DNA from: an uncultured Burkholderiales bacterium
GTDB taxonomy: Bacteria > Bacteroidota > Bacteroidia > UBA8524
Reading direction: 5' to 3'
Assembly (NCBI GenBank): GCA_964584305.1
Contig: CAZOZL010000005.1
Span: forward strand, 106,288 to 170,287
Length of the DNA: 64,000 bases
The stretch's first letter is position 1. Each line of letters begins with the position of its first letter. The notes below the pieces were generated by a model. It did no database searches and was not told the DNA's origin. It was given only the letters and a program-made list of their open reading frames with translations. Below are positions 9,964 through 19,826 of the stretch, in pieces. A program made the translations under genes and the position numbers.

Positions 9964-11007
9964 ATGACTATAGATTTACGGAAAATGTTTAAAGGGGTTG
10001 AAAAAATATTAGTGGTATTTATATTAGTGCTACTGGCAGGGGAGTTAAAAGCTCAAGACCCTGAGTTTACACAATTTTATGCTGCACCAGTATATACCAA
10101 CCCTGCAATGGCAGGTACTGCAAGATGTCCTGAGAGGGCAGGGGCAGGGGGGCGTATGGCACTAAACTACCGCAACCAATGGCCCAGTTTGCCAGGTACA
10201 TTTAGAACGTTTGCTGCTTCGTTTGACCAGCACGTAGATGGAATTAACGGCGGTATTGGTTTATTAGCAATGCGTGATATTGCGGGTGATGGGCTATTAA
10301 CTACCACATCAGTAAGTGGAATATATGCGTACCAAGCAATATTGGGTGGCAGAAAGCGTAAACGTTTTGCCTTGCGCATGGCAATACAAGCAGGTATAGT
10401 GCAACGTGCTATTGATTTTAATAGGCTACGTTTTAGTGATCAAATTCTTCCAAAAAGAGGATTTGTGAACCCAACGGCCGAAAATTTGCCTAATAGTTCC
10501 ATCACCTTCCCCAACTTTTCGGCAGGCATGGTATTATATTCGGGCAATTTTTATGCAGGTATAGCGGTACATAATATAAACGAGCCTAATCAATCGTTTT
10601 TTAGAAATACAGATAGTGGTACTACATTACCCCGTAGATATACTTTACACTCGGGTTTAGTTATTCCTTTAAAGAAAACTAAAAAGAACCAACAACCTGA
10701 AATGACTATTTCGCCCAATATCTTAATTATGACCCAACAAAGGTTTTTTCAAATGAATATTGGTTTTTACTTAAACAAAGGCCCTTTTGTAGCAGGTTTA
10801 TGGTTTAGGCAAACTTCGCCCAATGCTGATGCCTTAATAGCTTTGGTGGGTTTTCGCTACCAACAATTTAAGTTTGGGTATAGCTATGATATAACTGTTT
10901 CTTCAGCACGCTCAGCAGCACCAGGGTCGCATGAAATATCCGCATCAATCCAATGGTGTGTGAAGACTAGCAGGAAATGGAGAAACTTAGTTTGTCCTAG
11001 TTTTTAA
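9964..11007 (+). CDS. PorP/SprF-family T9SS membrane protein
   Basis: AQDPEFTQFYAAPVYTNPAMAG is the family N-terminal signature, and the 347 aa protein looks beta-barrel-like. The true start may be the M at 9985 (MFKGVEKILVV..). Confidence 0.8.
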   Translation: MTIDLRKMFKGVEKILVVFILVLLAGELKAQDPEFTQFYAAPVYTNPAMAGTARCPERAGAGGRMALNYRNQWPSLPGTFRTFAASFDQHVDGINGGIGLLAMRDIAGDGLLTTTSVSGIYAYQAILGGRKRKRFALRMAIQAGIVQRAIDFNRLRFSDQILPKRGFVNPTAENLPNSSITFPNFSAGMVLYSGNFYAGIAVHNINEPNQSFFRNTDSGTTLPRRYTLHSGLVIPLKKTKKNQQPEMTISPNILIMTQQRFFQMNIGFYLNKGPFVAGLWFRQTSPNADALIALVGFRYQQFKFGYSYDITVSSARSAAPGSHEISASIQWCVKTSRKWRNLVCPSF

Positions 11008-11082
11008 AAAAAAATCTTATTATTGTATAATTTTATACTTTAACTGGCGTTAAATATATTAGATACGAACACCTTATTAACA

Positions 11083-12522
11083 ATGATGAAATCATATAAA
11101 CTCAACAATATAGTAGCTTTAGTAGCTTTATCTGTTGTTTTCTTTTCATGTAAAAAACCAAAAAGCGAAACCACTGGCTGGAATTATAACGATTCTAAAT
11201 GGGGTGGGGTTCAGAAATTGGAGTATGAAGGACAGGAAACTGGTCCTGGTTTGGTTTTAGTGCAGGGCGGTAACTTTACCATGGGAGCTACAGAACAAGA
11301 TGTTTTGTATGACCATAACAATGTTGAGCGTAGAGTTACAGTTTCTAGCTTTTATATGGATGAAACAGAAGTTTCAAACTTTCACTACTTAGAGTATTTA
11401 GCTTGGCTTAGTCGCGTATATCTTGACTATCCCGAGGTACACAAAAAAGCATTGCCCGATACAAACTCGTGGCGTAGAAAATTAGCATATAACGAACCTT
11501 TAGTAATGTACTACTTAAGGCATCCTTCATATAGAGAGTATCCTGTGGTGGGAGTAACATGGGTGCAAGCAACAGGATATGCCTCGTGGCGTACCGACCG
11601 TGTTAACGAAATGATTTTAATACGTGAGGGAATACATGATTTGGCTGATTTATCTCAACAAAATAATGACCAAAGTTTTAATACTGACGCTTATATGAAT
11701 GGGCAGTATGATGGAATGGTTAAACGTGATTTGAAGGATATAGCACCTGAAGGAACTACCCGTAAAGTGCGTATGGAAGATGGTATTTTTTTACCTGATT
11801 ACAGGCTGCCTACCGAGGCAGAGTGGGAATACGCATCATACGGTAATATTGGAAATACAGTGTATGAAAATATTAACACAAAACGTATTTACCCATGGAA
11901 TGGTTCTTCATCACTAAGTGTACGTAAAGGTGCGCCAGAGAGATACAGGGGCGATATAATGGCAAACTTTAAACGTGATGCTGGTGATATGGCAGGTATT
12001 GCTGGAGACCTTAACGATAATGGTATTGTAACAACTCCCGTTAAATCATACGGTAGAAACGATTGGGGGCTCTATAATATGGCAGGAAATGTTAGCGAGT
12101 GGGTAATGGATGTATATCGTCCTTTATCGTTTGAAGATATTGAAGACCTAAACCCATATCGTGGAAACGATTTTAAACAGAAAATGGTGGATGCTGACGG
12201 GTATGTTGAAGAAAAAGACTCATTGGGTAGAATAAAATACAGAAGTGTTGATGAAGACCCTAATAGATTGAACTACCAAAAATCCGATAATATTGGTTTC
12301 TTAGATGAAGAAGAGTATTCAGACCGTGATCAACGTTATGACTATGGTATAGCTAGTTTAGTAAATAATAAAGCCCGTGTCTATAAAGGGGCATCGTGGG
12401 ACGATAGAGCCTATTGGTTAGCACCAGGTACTCGTCGTTTTTTAGATGAAAACCAAAACCTTGCTACATTAGGATTTAGATGTGCAATGACACGTATTGG
12501 TAACCCAGTAGGTAATAAATAA
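11083..12522 (+). CDS. gldJ: Gliding motility lipoprotein GldJ (FGE-sulfatase/SUMF1-like fold)
   Basis: Lipobox is VVFFSC. TGWNYNDSKWGG..LVLVQGGNFTMGA..RRVTVSSFYMDETEVSN..YKGASWDD..GFRCA is typical of GldJ. Confidence 0.85.
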   Translation: MMKSYKLNNIVALVALSVVFFSCKKPKSETTGWNYNDSKWGGVQKLEYEGQETGPGLVLVQGGNFTMGATEQDVLYDHNNVERRVTVSSFYMDETEVSNFHYLEYLAWLSRVYLDYPEVHKKALPDTNSWRRKLAYNEPLVMYYLRHPSYREYPVVGVTWVQATGYASWRTDRVNEMILIREGIHDLADLSQQNNDQSFNTDAYMNGQYDGMVKRDLKDIAPEGTTRKVRMEDGIFLPDYRLPTEAEWEYASYGNIGNTVYENINTKRIYPWNGSSSLSVRKGAPERYRGDIMANFKRDAGDMAGIAGDLNDNGIVTTPVKSYGRNDWGLYNMAGNVSEWVMDVYRPLSFEDIEDLNPYRGNDFKQKMVDADGYVEEKDSLGRIKYRSVDEDPNRLNYQKSDNIGFLDEEEYSDRDQRYDYGIASLVNNKARVYKGASWDDRAYWLAPGTRRFLDENQNLATLGFRCAMTRIGNPVGNK

Positions 12523-12548
12523 TTTTTAATAGACTCTATAATACTAAA

Positions 12549-12574
12549 GGGTTCAGGAAACTGAACCCTTTTTT
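12549..12574 (+). terminator. Intrinsic terminator of gldJ
   Basis: GGGTTCAG-gaaa-CTGAACCC followed by TTTTTT. Confidence 0.8.
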
Positions 12575-12638
12575 GTTGTTACAAGGTTTGAAACAATGCC
12601 GCTTATATTCACTTTAAAAGTAATAGCATTTAGCTCAT

Positions 12639-12680
12639 AAGACCGTTGCAGGGGCTATAACTCTGTTGTTGGCTATTAGG
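12639..12680 (+). repeat. Module E (matches the left end of the 29258-29534 element)
   Basis: AAGACCGTTGCAGGGGCTATAACTCTGT recurs at 29258-29286. Its reverse complement recurs at 29521-29534. Confidence 0.5.
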
Positions 12681-12707
12681 CTTTTGGCTGTTTGCCATTA
12701 CAAAGAA

Positions 12708-12738
12708 CATTAGTCAAATTTTTAAAATTTGACTAATG
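12708..12738. repeat. Perfect inverted repeat, 15-bp arms and 1-nt centre
   Basis: CATTAGTCAAATTTT-t-AAAATTTGACTAATG read directly from the sequence. Confidence 0.6.
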
Positions 12739-12796
12739 TGGGTATCGTCCACTCTTCTTTATGAGAAGGATTTTGTGGCTACCCTATTAAAAAGAT

Positions 12797-12900
12797 AGAA
12801 TAGGCATGAATGCCCATTCTATACATAAAGTTTTTGTAAAGGTTATGAATTGCGGCAGGTTTCAACCTGCCGCAAGAAAACGCCTGAACAGTACGTAATG
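12797..12900 (+). repeat. Module A of the dispersed structured repeat family
   Basis: Hairpin 1 is AGAATAGGCAT-ga-ATGCCCATTCT (12797-12820). Hairpin 2 is TTGCGGCAGGT-ttca-ACCTGCCGCAA (12850-12875). The same block occurs at 34868, 36688, 40427 and 45842. Confidence 0.8.
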
Positions 12901-13384
12901 ACAGCTTTTACCTGAACCACAATTTGGTTTCCCCTTAAGGGGAAGGGTACTTATTGGGTAGTGCTAATAGTTAACTTGGAAGGGGTATAAAGACAGGTTC
13001 CTGCCTTCGCAGGATATGATAGAAAGGGAGCGTCATTGCGAGATAGCCTTCTTAGGATAATGTGGCAATCTGCTATTGCATTAACCCCTACCAATATATT
13101 ACAGCTTTTACCTGAACCACAATTTGGTTTCCCCTAAGGGGAAGGGTACTTATTTGATAGTGCTAATAGTTAATTTGGAAGGGGTATAAAGACAGATTCC
13201 TACCTTCGCAGGATATGATAGAAAGGGAGCGTCATTGCGAGATAGCCTTCTTAGGATAATGTGGCAATCTGCTATTGCATTAACCCCTACCAATATATTA
13301 CAGCTTTTACCTGAACCACAATTTGGTTTCCCCTAAGGGGAAGGGTACTTATTTGATAGTGCTAATAGTTAATTTGGAAGGGGT
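12901..13384 (+). repeat. Tandem array, period 199-200 bp, about 2.4 units (modules B+D)
   Basis: Units start at 12901, 13101 and 13300 with ACAGCTTTTACCTGAACC. Units 1 and 2 differ at about 6 positions. The partial unit 3 is identical to unit 2. Confidence 0.9.
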
Positions 13385-13404
13385 TGTTATACTGGCAAAC
13401 CACG

Positions 13405-14139
13405 TTATTTAGCAAAAACCTTTTCTAAGATATCGCTAACACGGTGTTTTACATCGTTTCTTATTTTGCCTTCTTCAACAGATACCTTGGTAAACATACC
13501 ATCTAATGCTTTTGTGGTAACATAATCGCCCAAAGTATTTTGAGTAATTTTTGGGAATAAAAGCCCATTTAGTGATGCGGTATTGTACGCTCCTACCAAA
13601 TCTGCATATAAACTAGCGGCTGATGCTCCTAATATCAATGGCTTGCCCAATGAGGCATTAATTTTTGGGGCAAATGCGTTTTGCAAAGGAGTAAATGTAC
13701 CCTTTTTTAGAAACGATGTAGCGGCACTATCGTTGCCGTTTAAAATGTTTAACCCATCAGCAATGGTAATGGAAGTAATTGCATCAACAAAAATGGTAGT
13801 AGCCTCTGGTGCAGCATCTTCTGCCGCTCTATTAATAGCCATTATAGTATTTGCTATCAATGTAGTACCGCCAGGTATTTTACCTAAATTATCAAAGATT
13901 GGGGCAGCTTCAGGGGGTAATAGTATTTTTACCGCCTCATCTTTAAAATAGCCATCTGCGGCAGATAATCTTTTCACAGCGGTATCAGTACCTACCTCTA
14001 AGGCAGCTCGTAAACCCTTTACAATATCATCGTTTGATAAGCCATCATTAATTGCGTCTATAATTTCATCTGTTTTATTACAAGATGAAAACGGAACTGT
14101 AAAAGCAAATAAGCTAAGTGCTAAAACTATTTTTTTCAT
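13405..14139 (-). CDS. DUF4197-family lipoprotein
   Basis: MKKIVLALSLFAFTVPFSSC lipobox, with the start moved to the ATG at 14139. GLSNDDIVKGLRAALEVGTDTAVKRL..KILLPPEA is typical of DUF4197. Confidence 0.7.
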   Translation of the reverse strand: MKKIVLALSLFAFTVPFSSCNKTDEIIDAINDGLSNDDIVKGLRAALEVGTDTAVKRLSAADGYFKDEAVKILLPPEAAPIFDNLGKIPGGTTLIANTIMAINRAAEDAAPEATTIFVDAITSITIADGLNILNGNDSAATSFLKKGTFTPLQNAFAPKINASLGKPLILGASAASLYADLVGAYNTASLNGLLFPKITQNTLGDYVTTKALDGMFTKVSVEEGKIRNDVKHRVSDILEKVFAK

Positions 14140-14317
14140 AAAATTTGAGTTGTCTTTCGTTATCAGCAGCAATATTGATGCCTTTTTATTTTAGAGTGCA
14201 ATTTAATAATTACCATAACCATTTTGTGTTTTATCTAAAAATAAAGCAATAAAAAACTATAAATAGTGCTAAAAAGTCTTTTAATACGTAAAATCGTGGT
14301 TTCTTAAACCAAATACA

Positions 14318-16174
14318 ATGAATAGAGTTTTATACTTACTATGTTTCTCATTTATTTCCATCACCACCTTTTCACAAAAAGGATATTGGCAGCAAAAAGC
14401 CAATTACAAGATGGATATTGACTTTGATGTTACGCTACACCAGTTTACGGGAAAACAAAAAATAACCTACTATAATAACTCTCCTGACACGTTATATAAG
14501 GCATTTTATCACCTGTATTTTAATGCTTTTAAAAAGGGAAGTGTTATGGACAACCGTACAAAAAGTATTGAAGACCCTGATAAACGCTTGCTTAAAATAG
14601 AAAAAATGAAGGCTAACGATGAGGGGTTTCAGAAGATAAACAGCCTTACCCAAAATGGAAAAACAGTGAAATACAAGGTGGTAGGTACAATTTTAGAAGT
14701 AGAATTAGCAAAACCTATTGCGCCTAATAAAAAAGCTGTTTTTGAAATGGAATTTGATGCTCAAGTCCCCATACAAACTCGCCGAAGTGGCAGAATGAGC
14801 AGTGAAGGCATAGATTATAGCATGAGCCAATGGTATCCTAAAATGTGCGAATACGACCAGCACGGATGGCACGCAAATGAGTATGTGGGAAGAGAATTTT
14901 ATGGTATTTGGGGTGATTTTGAGGTGAATATTACTATTGACTCTAACTATGTAATTGGGGGTACAGGCTATTTGCAAAACCCGCAAAAGGTAGGACATGG
15001 CTATGAAAATCCTAATAAAAAATTGAAACGCACAGATAGTAAAAAATTAACTTGGAAGTTTAAAGCACCTAATGTGCATGATTTTGTTTGGGCTGCCGAC
15101 CCTGACTATACCGTTGAAAGCCGTGAATGTGAAAATGGAACTACACTTTATTTCGTTTATCAACCCGATAGTTTAACCCGTACTACATGGCCAAAACTGG
15201 GCAAATACATGGAACAATCATTAAATTGGATGAACAAGCACTATGGCGTTTACCCATACAAGCAATATAGCTTTGTACAAGGCGGAGACGGTGGTATGGA
15301 ATATCCTATGGCTACCCTAATTACAGGAAAGCGGAAACTATCAAGCCTTATTGGGGTGAGTGTACATGAGATGAATCACAGTTGGTTTCAAGGTGTTTTA
15401 GCATTTAATGAAAGCCTTTATAGCTGGATGGACGAAGGATTTACCACCTACGCATCAGAAGAGGTAATGCGCCATTTAGGTTTTAGGGATACTGAAGAGC
15501 CGTTATTTTGGGATGGATACAATAGCTATTTAACACTTGAAGACGAAAATAAAGGCGAGCCGCTAAACACCCATGCCGATTTTTTTAATAGCAACTTTGC
15601 TTATGGTGTTTCTGCCTATCATAAAGGGGGGGTATTTTTGCACCAACTACGCTATATAGTTGGCGATATTAATTTTAGGAACGGTATGCAACGCTTTTTT
15701 AATGAGTGGAAATTTAAACATCCTACTCCTATCCACTTAAAACGTGCTATGGAAAAAACAAGTGGTTTAGAGCTGGACTGGTATTTTGAGCAATTTATAA
15801 ACACCACTAATACCATAGACTATGCTATAACGTCTCTGTATTCATCAAGAAAAAATAAGTATATCACTATTAAGCGTAAAGGCAAGGTAATGATGCCTTT
15901 GGAAATTCTTGTTAGATATACCGATGGAGAATCAGAATTATTATATATTCCATTAGTATTAATGCGGGGCGAGAAAACTGATTTTCGTAAAGAAGAGGTA
16001 CGCCTTCTTCCCGATTGGGATTGGACAAACCCTAACTACACTATTCACCTAAAAAGCAAAAAAGATATTGCTTTAGTATTTATAGACCCTTATTACTACT
16101 TGGCTGATACCGATAGAGAAAATAATATACTTAAAGTAGAAAAAGAAGATACCTTAATTATAAAGCAAGAGTAG
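14318..16174 (+). CDS. M1-family zinc metallopeptidase (secreted)
   Basis: HEMNHSWF (HExxH) plus a downstream WMDEGFTTY glutamate, and a signal peptide. Confidence 0.8.
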   Translation: MNRVLYLLCFSFISITTFSQKGYWQQKANYKMDIDFDVTLHQFTGKQKITYYNNSPDTLYKAFYHLYFNAFKKGSVMDNRTKSIEDPDKRLLKIEKMKANDEGFQKINSLTQNGKTVKYKVVGTILEVELAKPIAPNKKAVFEMEFDAQVPIQTRRSGRMSSEGIDYSMSQWYPKMCEYDQHGWHANEYVGREFYGIWGDFEVNITIDSNYVIGGTGYLQNPQKVGHGYENPNKKLKRTDSKKLTWKFKAPNVHDFVWAADPDYTVESRECENGTTLYFVYQPDSLTRTTWPKLGKYMEQSLNWMNKHYGVYPYKQYSFVQGGDGGMEYPMATLITGKRKLSSLIGVSVHEMNHSWFQGVLAFNESLYSWMDEGFTTYASEEVMRHLGFRDTEEPLFWDGYNSYLTLEDENKGEPLNTHADFFNSNFAYGVSAYHKGGVFLHQLRYIVGDINFRNGMQRFFNEWKFKHPTPIHLKRAMEKTSGLELDWYFEQFINTTNTIDYAITSLYSSRKNKYITIKRKGKVMMPLEILVRYTDGESELLYIPLVLMRGEKTDFRKEEVRLLPDWDWTNPNYTIHLKSKKDIALVFIDPYYYLADTDRENNILKVEKEDTLIIKQE

Positions 16175-16202
16175 TTTTACCCAACTCACGTTACAATAAA
16201 AC

Positions 16203-16784
16203 TTACTCCTTCTCTTTACTCATATAGTTGGCAGTGGCTTCAACCTCATCGTACCATGCCTGCCCAAACTGCCGTATTAGTGCCTCTTTAGTAAACTGAT
16301 ATACAGGCACGCTCAGTTTTTCGCCTAAGCTGCAAGCGGCATTGCAAATATCCCAGTGGCTATAATTAACCGCCGTAAACTCCTTATATTTCTGCAAACG
16401 TATAGGGTATAAATGGCATGAAATAGGTTTTTTATAATCAATTTCTCCAGCTTTATGTGCTAACTCAATGGCACATTGCGTAGTTCCTGCCTCATCATAA
16501 ACTACAAAATTACACTCGCCAGTGGGTTGGCAGGTAGTTACCAGTTCATTGTCCAACTCATCTACCTCATACACTCCTTTTTTTTCCACATCTTTTGCAA
16601 AATTAGGTGTCATAAAGGGTTTTATTTGGGGCAAAAGCCCTTCAATAATTTTTGCCTCATCGCTGTTAAGCGGCGCACCACGTTCACCTTCAACACAACA
16701 AGCACCTTTACATTTTTTCAAATCACAAGTAAATTTTTTGTCGAAAAGTTCTTCTGATAGGATAGTGTCCTGAATTACAATCAT
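16203..16784 (-). CDS. DUF3109-family Cys-rich protein
   Basis: FTCDLKKCKGACCVEGERGAPL signature; 193 aa. Confidence 0.65.
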   Translation of the reverse strand: MIVIQDTILSEELFDKKFTCDLKKCKGACCVEGERGAPLNSDEAKIIEGLLPQIKPFMTPNFAKDVEKKGVYEVDELDNELVTTCQPTGECNFVVYDEAGTTQCAIELAHKAGEIDYKKPISCHLYPIRLQKYKEFTAVNYSHWDICNAACSLGEKLSVPVYQFTKEALIRQFGQAWYDEVEATANYMSKEKE

Positions 16785-16863
16785 TTGATGCAGATATTAA
16801 AATTTCGTTAACAATTCCTTAATATTAAAAATAGACATTTGCATTGAAAAAAACTACTAAATT

Positions 16864-19566
16864 ATGAAGAAACTCTTTACAATTCTATGTCTCATTTTGT
16901 TTGCGAATGTAAGCTATTCACAAATTGTTATTTCAGGCTATATGTATGATGTGTCCGGTTCAGACGGGAATTACGAATACGTACAACTAATGGCAACAGA
17001 AAACATCAATTTTGCAACCAATAATTATACTGTTGCCGTGTGTAATAATAGTACAGCCGAGAGTAAGGGATGGCTAATTGGCGGTACTTTCAAGTCTTAT
17101 ACTTTTGTATTAAGCACTGGAAGCGTTAACAAAGGCGATATATTTTATGTAGGCGGTAGCGAAAAAAGACTTGTTGGTGCAGGTTCTGCTGATATTAGCA
17201 GTGCAACATGGATACGTACTATAGACTTGGTAAACAACGCTGGTGATGTGGTTGGAAATAGTGGAAATGGTAAGTTTGGTAATGGAGGAAGCAGTGCAGA
17301 TGGTATAGCTGTATTTTCAGGAAAGTTACTGACTACTGATACTACAAAAAAACCTATTGATTGTGTGTTTTATGGCACTGCAGTAGGCAATGCCTTCGTA
17401 TCATCAACAGTAGGGTTTCCAGTAGCTGATAACGATTTGTATAAGAGTAGCCAAGGGTTATTTGGTGAAGGAACTAATACTACCATTTTTAATGATTACT
17501 CATCAAACCGTTTCACCTCATTAACAGGTACATACGATGCTGGAACTAAAAAATGGACTACTGCACGTACTGCAACAAGCATTACTTTATCAGGCAGCTC
17601 TATTATTGGTGATATTGCAAGTAAAATTACTTTAAAAACGGGCGGCCCAGCTATTACACTTAACACAGTTGGTTTTACAAACGATTTTGGTTTAACCTAC
17701 CCTAATACGCCTTCATCAGGCTCAAACTTTTTGTTTTCGGGAGATAAACTTACCGATTCATTGGTTATTACTGTTAAAGCTCCTTTCGAGATAAGAGTGG
17801 GTGTAAATAGCTATGCAAGTGGAACTATTAAACGTGTACATACTGCTGGTGTAGTAAATAATACTGTTCTTGATGTGAGGTTTAACCCTACCGCTACGGG
17901 TGTTTTTATGGATACTATTTTCCTTTCTACTACTGGCGGAACAACACAAAAAGTACCCGTTAAAGGTACTTCATCAAACAATCCTGAAATTTCTTTTCAA
18001 ACAACATCGTTTAGTATAAATGAAGGCGGCGGCGGTTCTATTACCTTACAGGTAAATATTGCTAATGCTAATGCCAACTCTACTTCGGTAGATATTGATG
18101 TAACCCTTCTTAGTACAGCCACAGCAGGCAGTGATTATACTTTCTCACCACCAGAAACTATAACTTTCCCAGCAAATTCTACTGATAGTATTATTGTTAC
18201 AATACCTATTATTGATGATAATATTGTTGAAGGAGATGAAATCATTTGGTTTACTTTTGATAATTCTAACAACGGAGCAGTGTTTGGTGCTAATGATACA
18301 GTTAGAGTTACTATTATTGATGATGATTACCGCAAAGTAAATATTGGTGATATAGCTGGTGAAGATGCCAATGGGGAGCCTGATTCAGTTGGGAAACTAT
18401 ACGAAATAACGGGTGTAGTATATGGACATAATAAACGTAGCCCAGGTTTTCAATTCACTATTCGTGACCAAACAGGTGGTTTAGGTACTTTTGGACCTAC
18501 TGATGCTTTTGGATATACTCCAGCGCAAGGCGATAGTATTACCATACTAGGGCAACTATCACATTTTAGAGGTTTTGCACAAATAAGTTTTATGGATACC
18601 ATTATTTTCCATCAATCAAACCAACCACTAAAAGCACCAAGGGTGGTAACTACTTTGGGCGAGGGTACAGAGTCTGATTTAGTAAGGTTTGATAATGCAA
18701 CTGCAAGCGGTGTATGGGCATCGGGCAATCAGTGGGTATATATTAATGGCGGAAACGACTCTATATCCGTTCGTATCACTCCCAGCTCTAATACACTTAT
18801 TGGCAAACCAATTCCTTCAAAACCATTTGCCCTAATAGGCATAGGTGGGCAATTCGATTTTTCTTCACCATATACTTCAGGGTATCAAGTATTCCCTCGT
18901 GATACAAATGATATTATAGTACCCAAAGATTCTTTATCTCCATTTAATTTATTGTCTCCAACTAATAACTCAAGCATAACTATACAAGGTGCAGGTACGC
19001 AATTGCTTAGTATTACTTGGGAACCTTCTCAACAAGGACAAGGTTTATTGCCACCTACCTACGAGTTTTTGATGGACATACCTACGGGAGATTTTAGTGC
19101 GCCTATTTTTTCACGTCCATCTAGTACTGGTGGTTCTGCCGCAGCATTAGGCTTACCATATTTTCAGATAGCTACATTTTTAGATAATCAAGGAGTGAAT
19201 GTTGGGCAATCAATATCATTAATATGGACTGTGAAGGCAACGACCACTAATAGCCATAGCCGGTTATCAGATATGCCTTTTAATATCACATTAATTCGTG
19301 ATGCAATGAATAGCGTGAAGGTGGTATTGGGCGATAAACTTTTAGTATATCCAAACCCAGCTACCAATACTGTTTTTGTTGAAGCACCCGAAGCAATTAA
19401 AAGTATTGCAATAGCATCATTAGATGGGAAAATACAAACCCAACAAATTGTTAACGGAACACTAAAAGCAGATATTAATACAACAAATCTTAAAAGTGGG
19501 ATGTATGTAATTTCAGTAGAGACTGGCAATGCAGTATATACACACCGTTTAATTATTCAGAAATAA
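16864..19566 (+). CDS. T9SS cargo: lamin-tail-like N-terminus, Calx-beta domain, OB-like region, type-A CTD
   Basis: Signal peptide present. The Calx-beta pattern is SINEGGGGSITLQVN..TATAGSDYTF..IIDDNIVEGDEIIWF..VTIIDDD. The CTD is LLVYPNPATNTVFVE..GMYVISVETGNAVYTHRLIIQK. Confidence 0.7.
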   Translation: MKKLFTILCLILFANVSYSQIVISGYMYDVSGSDGNYEYVQLMATENINFATNNYTVAVCNNSTAESKGWLIGGTFKSYTFVLSTGSVNKGDIFYVGGSEKRLVGAGSADISSATWIRTIDLVNNAGDVVGNSGNGKFGNGGSSADGIAVFSGKLLTTDTTKKPIDCVFYGTAVGNAFVSSTVGFPVADNDLYKSSQGLFGEGTNTTIFNDYSSNRFTSLTGTYDAGTKKWTTARTATSITLSGSSIIGDIASKITLKTGGPAITLNTVGFTNDFGLTYPNTPSSGSNFLFSGDKLTDSLVITVKAPFEIRVGVNSYASGTIKRVHTAGVVNNTVLDVRFNPTATGVFMDTIFLSTTGGTTQKVPVKGTSSNNPEISFQTTSFSINEGGGGSITLQVNIANANANSTSVDIDVTLLSTATAGSDYTFSPPETITFPANSTDSIIVTIPIIDDNIVEGDEIIWFTFDNSNNGAVFGANDTVRVTIIDDDYRKVNIGDIAGEDANGEPDSVGKLYEITGVVYGHNKRSPGFQFTIRDQTGGLGTFGPTDAFGYTPAQGDSITILGQLSHFRGFAQISFMDTIIFHQSNQPLKAPRVVTTLGEGTESDLVRFDNATASGVWASGNQWVYINGGNDSISVRITPSSNTLIGKPIPSKPFALIGIGGQFDFSSPYTSGYQVFPRDTNDIIVPKDSLSPFNLLSPTNNSSITIQGAGTQLLSITWEPSQQGQGLLPPTYEFLMDIPTGDFSAPIFSRPSSTGGSAAALGLPYFQIATFLDNQGVNVGQSISLIWTVKATTTNSHSRLSDMPFNITLIRDAMNSVKVVLGDKLLVYPNPATNTVFVEAPEAIKSIAIASLDGKIQTQQIVNGTLKADINTTNLKSGMYVISVETGNAVYTHRLIIQK

Positions 19567-19585
19567 GAGGTTTTTAACCTACTGA

Positions 19586-19613
19586 AAAGCGCACCAAAAG
19601 GTGCGCTTTTTTT
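19586..19613 (+). terminator. Intrinsic terminator of 16864..19566
   Basis: GCGCACC-aaaa-GGTGCGC followed by TTTTTTT. Confidence 0.8.
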
Positions 19614-19712
19614 GTGCGGAAAATTGCTTTATAAAAATAATTGGACAACACACTTTTTTGTAAGAACTTTGTAGTAACAATTAAGCAGATAATTAATTGT
19701 TTTCATAGTTTG

Positions 19713-19753
19713 ACCCCTAAGCGTCGGGATGATATTTTAGGGGTTATTTTTTT
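19713..19753 (+). terminator. Orphan terminator-like hairpin (no credible ORF upstream)
   Basis: ACCCCTAA with a 16-nt loop, then TTAGGGGT followed by TATTTTTTT. Confidence 0.45.
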
Positions 19754-19799
19754 ATTGAAAATTTTAAGCATAGCAAGGGGTTACATTAATATTTTGTTT

Positions 19800-19807
19800 T
19801 ATATTTG
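19800..19807 (+). promoter_or_regulatory. Candidate Bacteroidota -7 promoter element for tRNA-Arg
   Basis: TATATTTG matches the TAnnTTTG consensus exactly, 20 nt upstream of the tRNA 5' end. Confidence 0.35.
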
Positions 19808-19826
19808 CACTCCATTTAAATAAAAT

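Noticed and set aside
12901-13384. Possible CRISPR array (regular direct repeats)
   Set aside because: The period is ~200 bp and the whole unit is repeated. There are no short repeats separated by unique spacers. There are no cas genes or leader, and the same modules are dispersed singly elsewhere.
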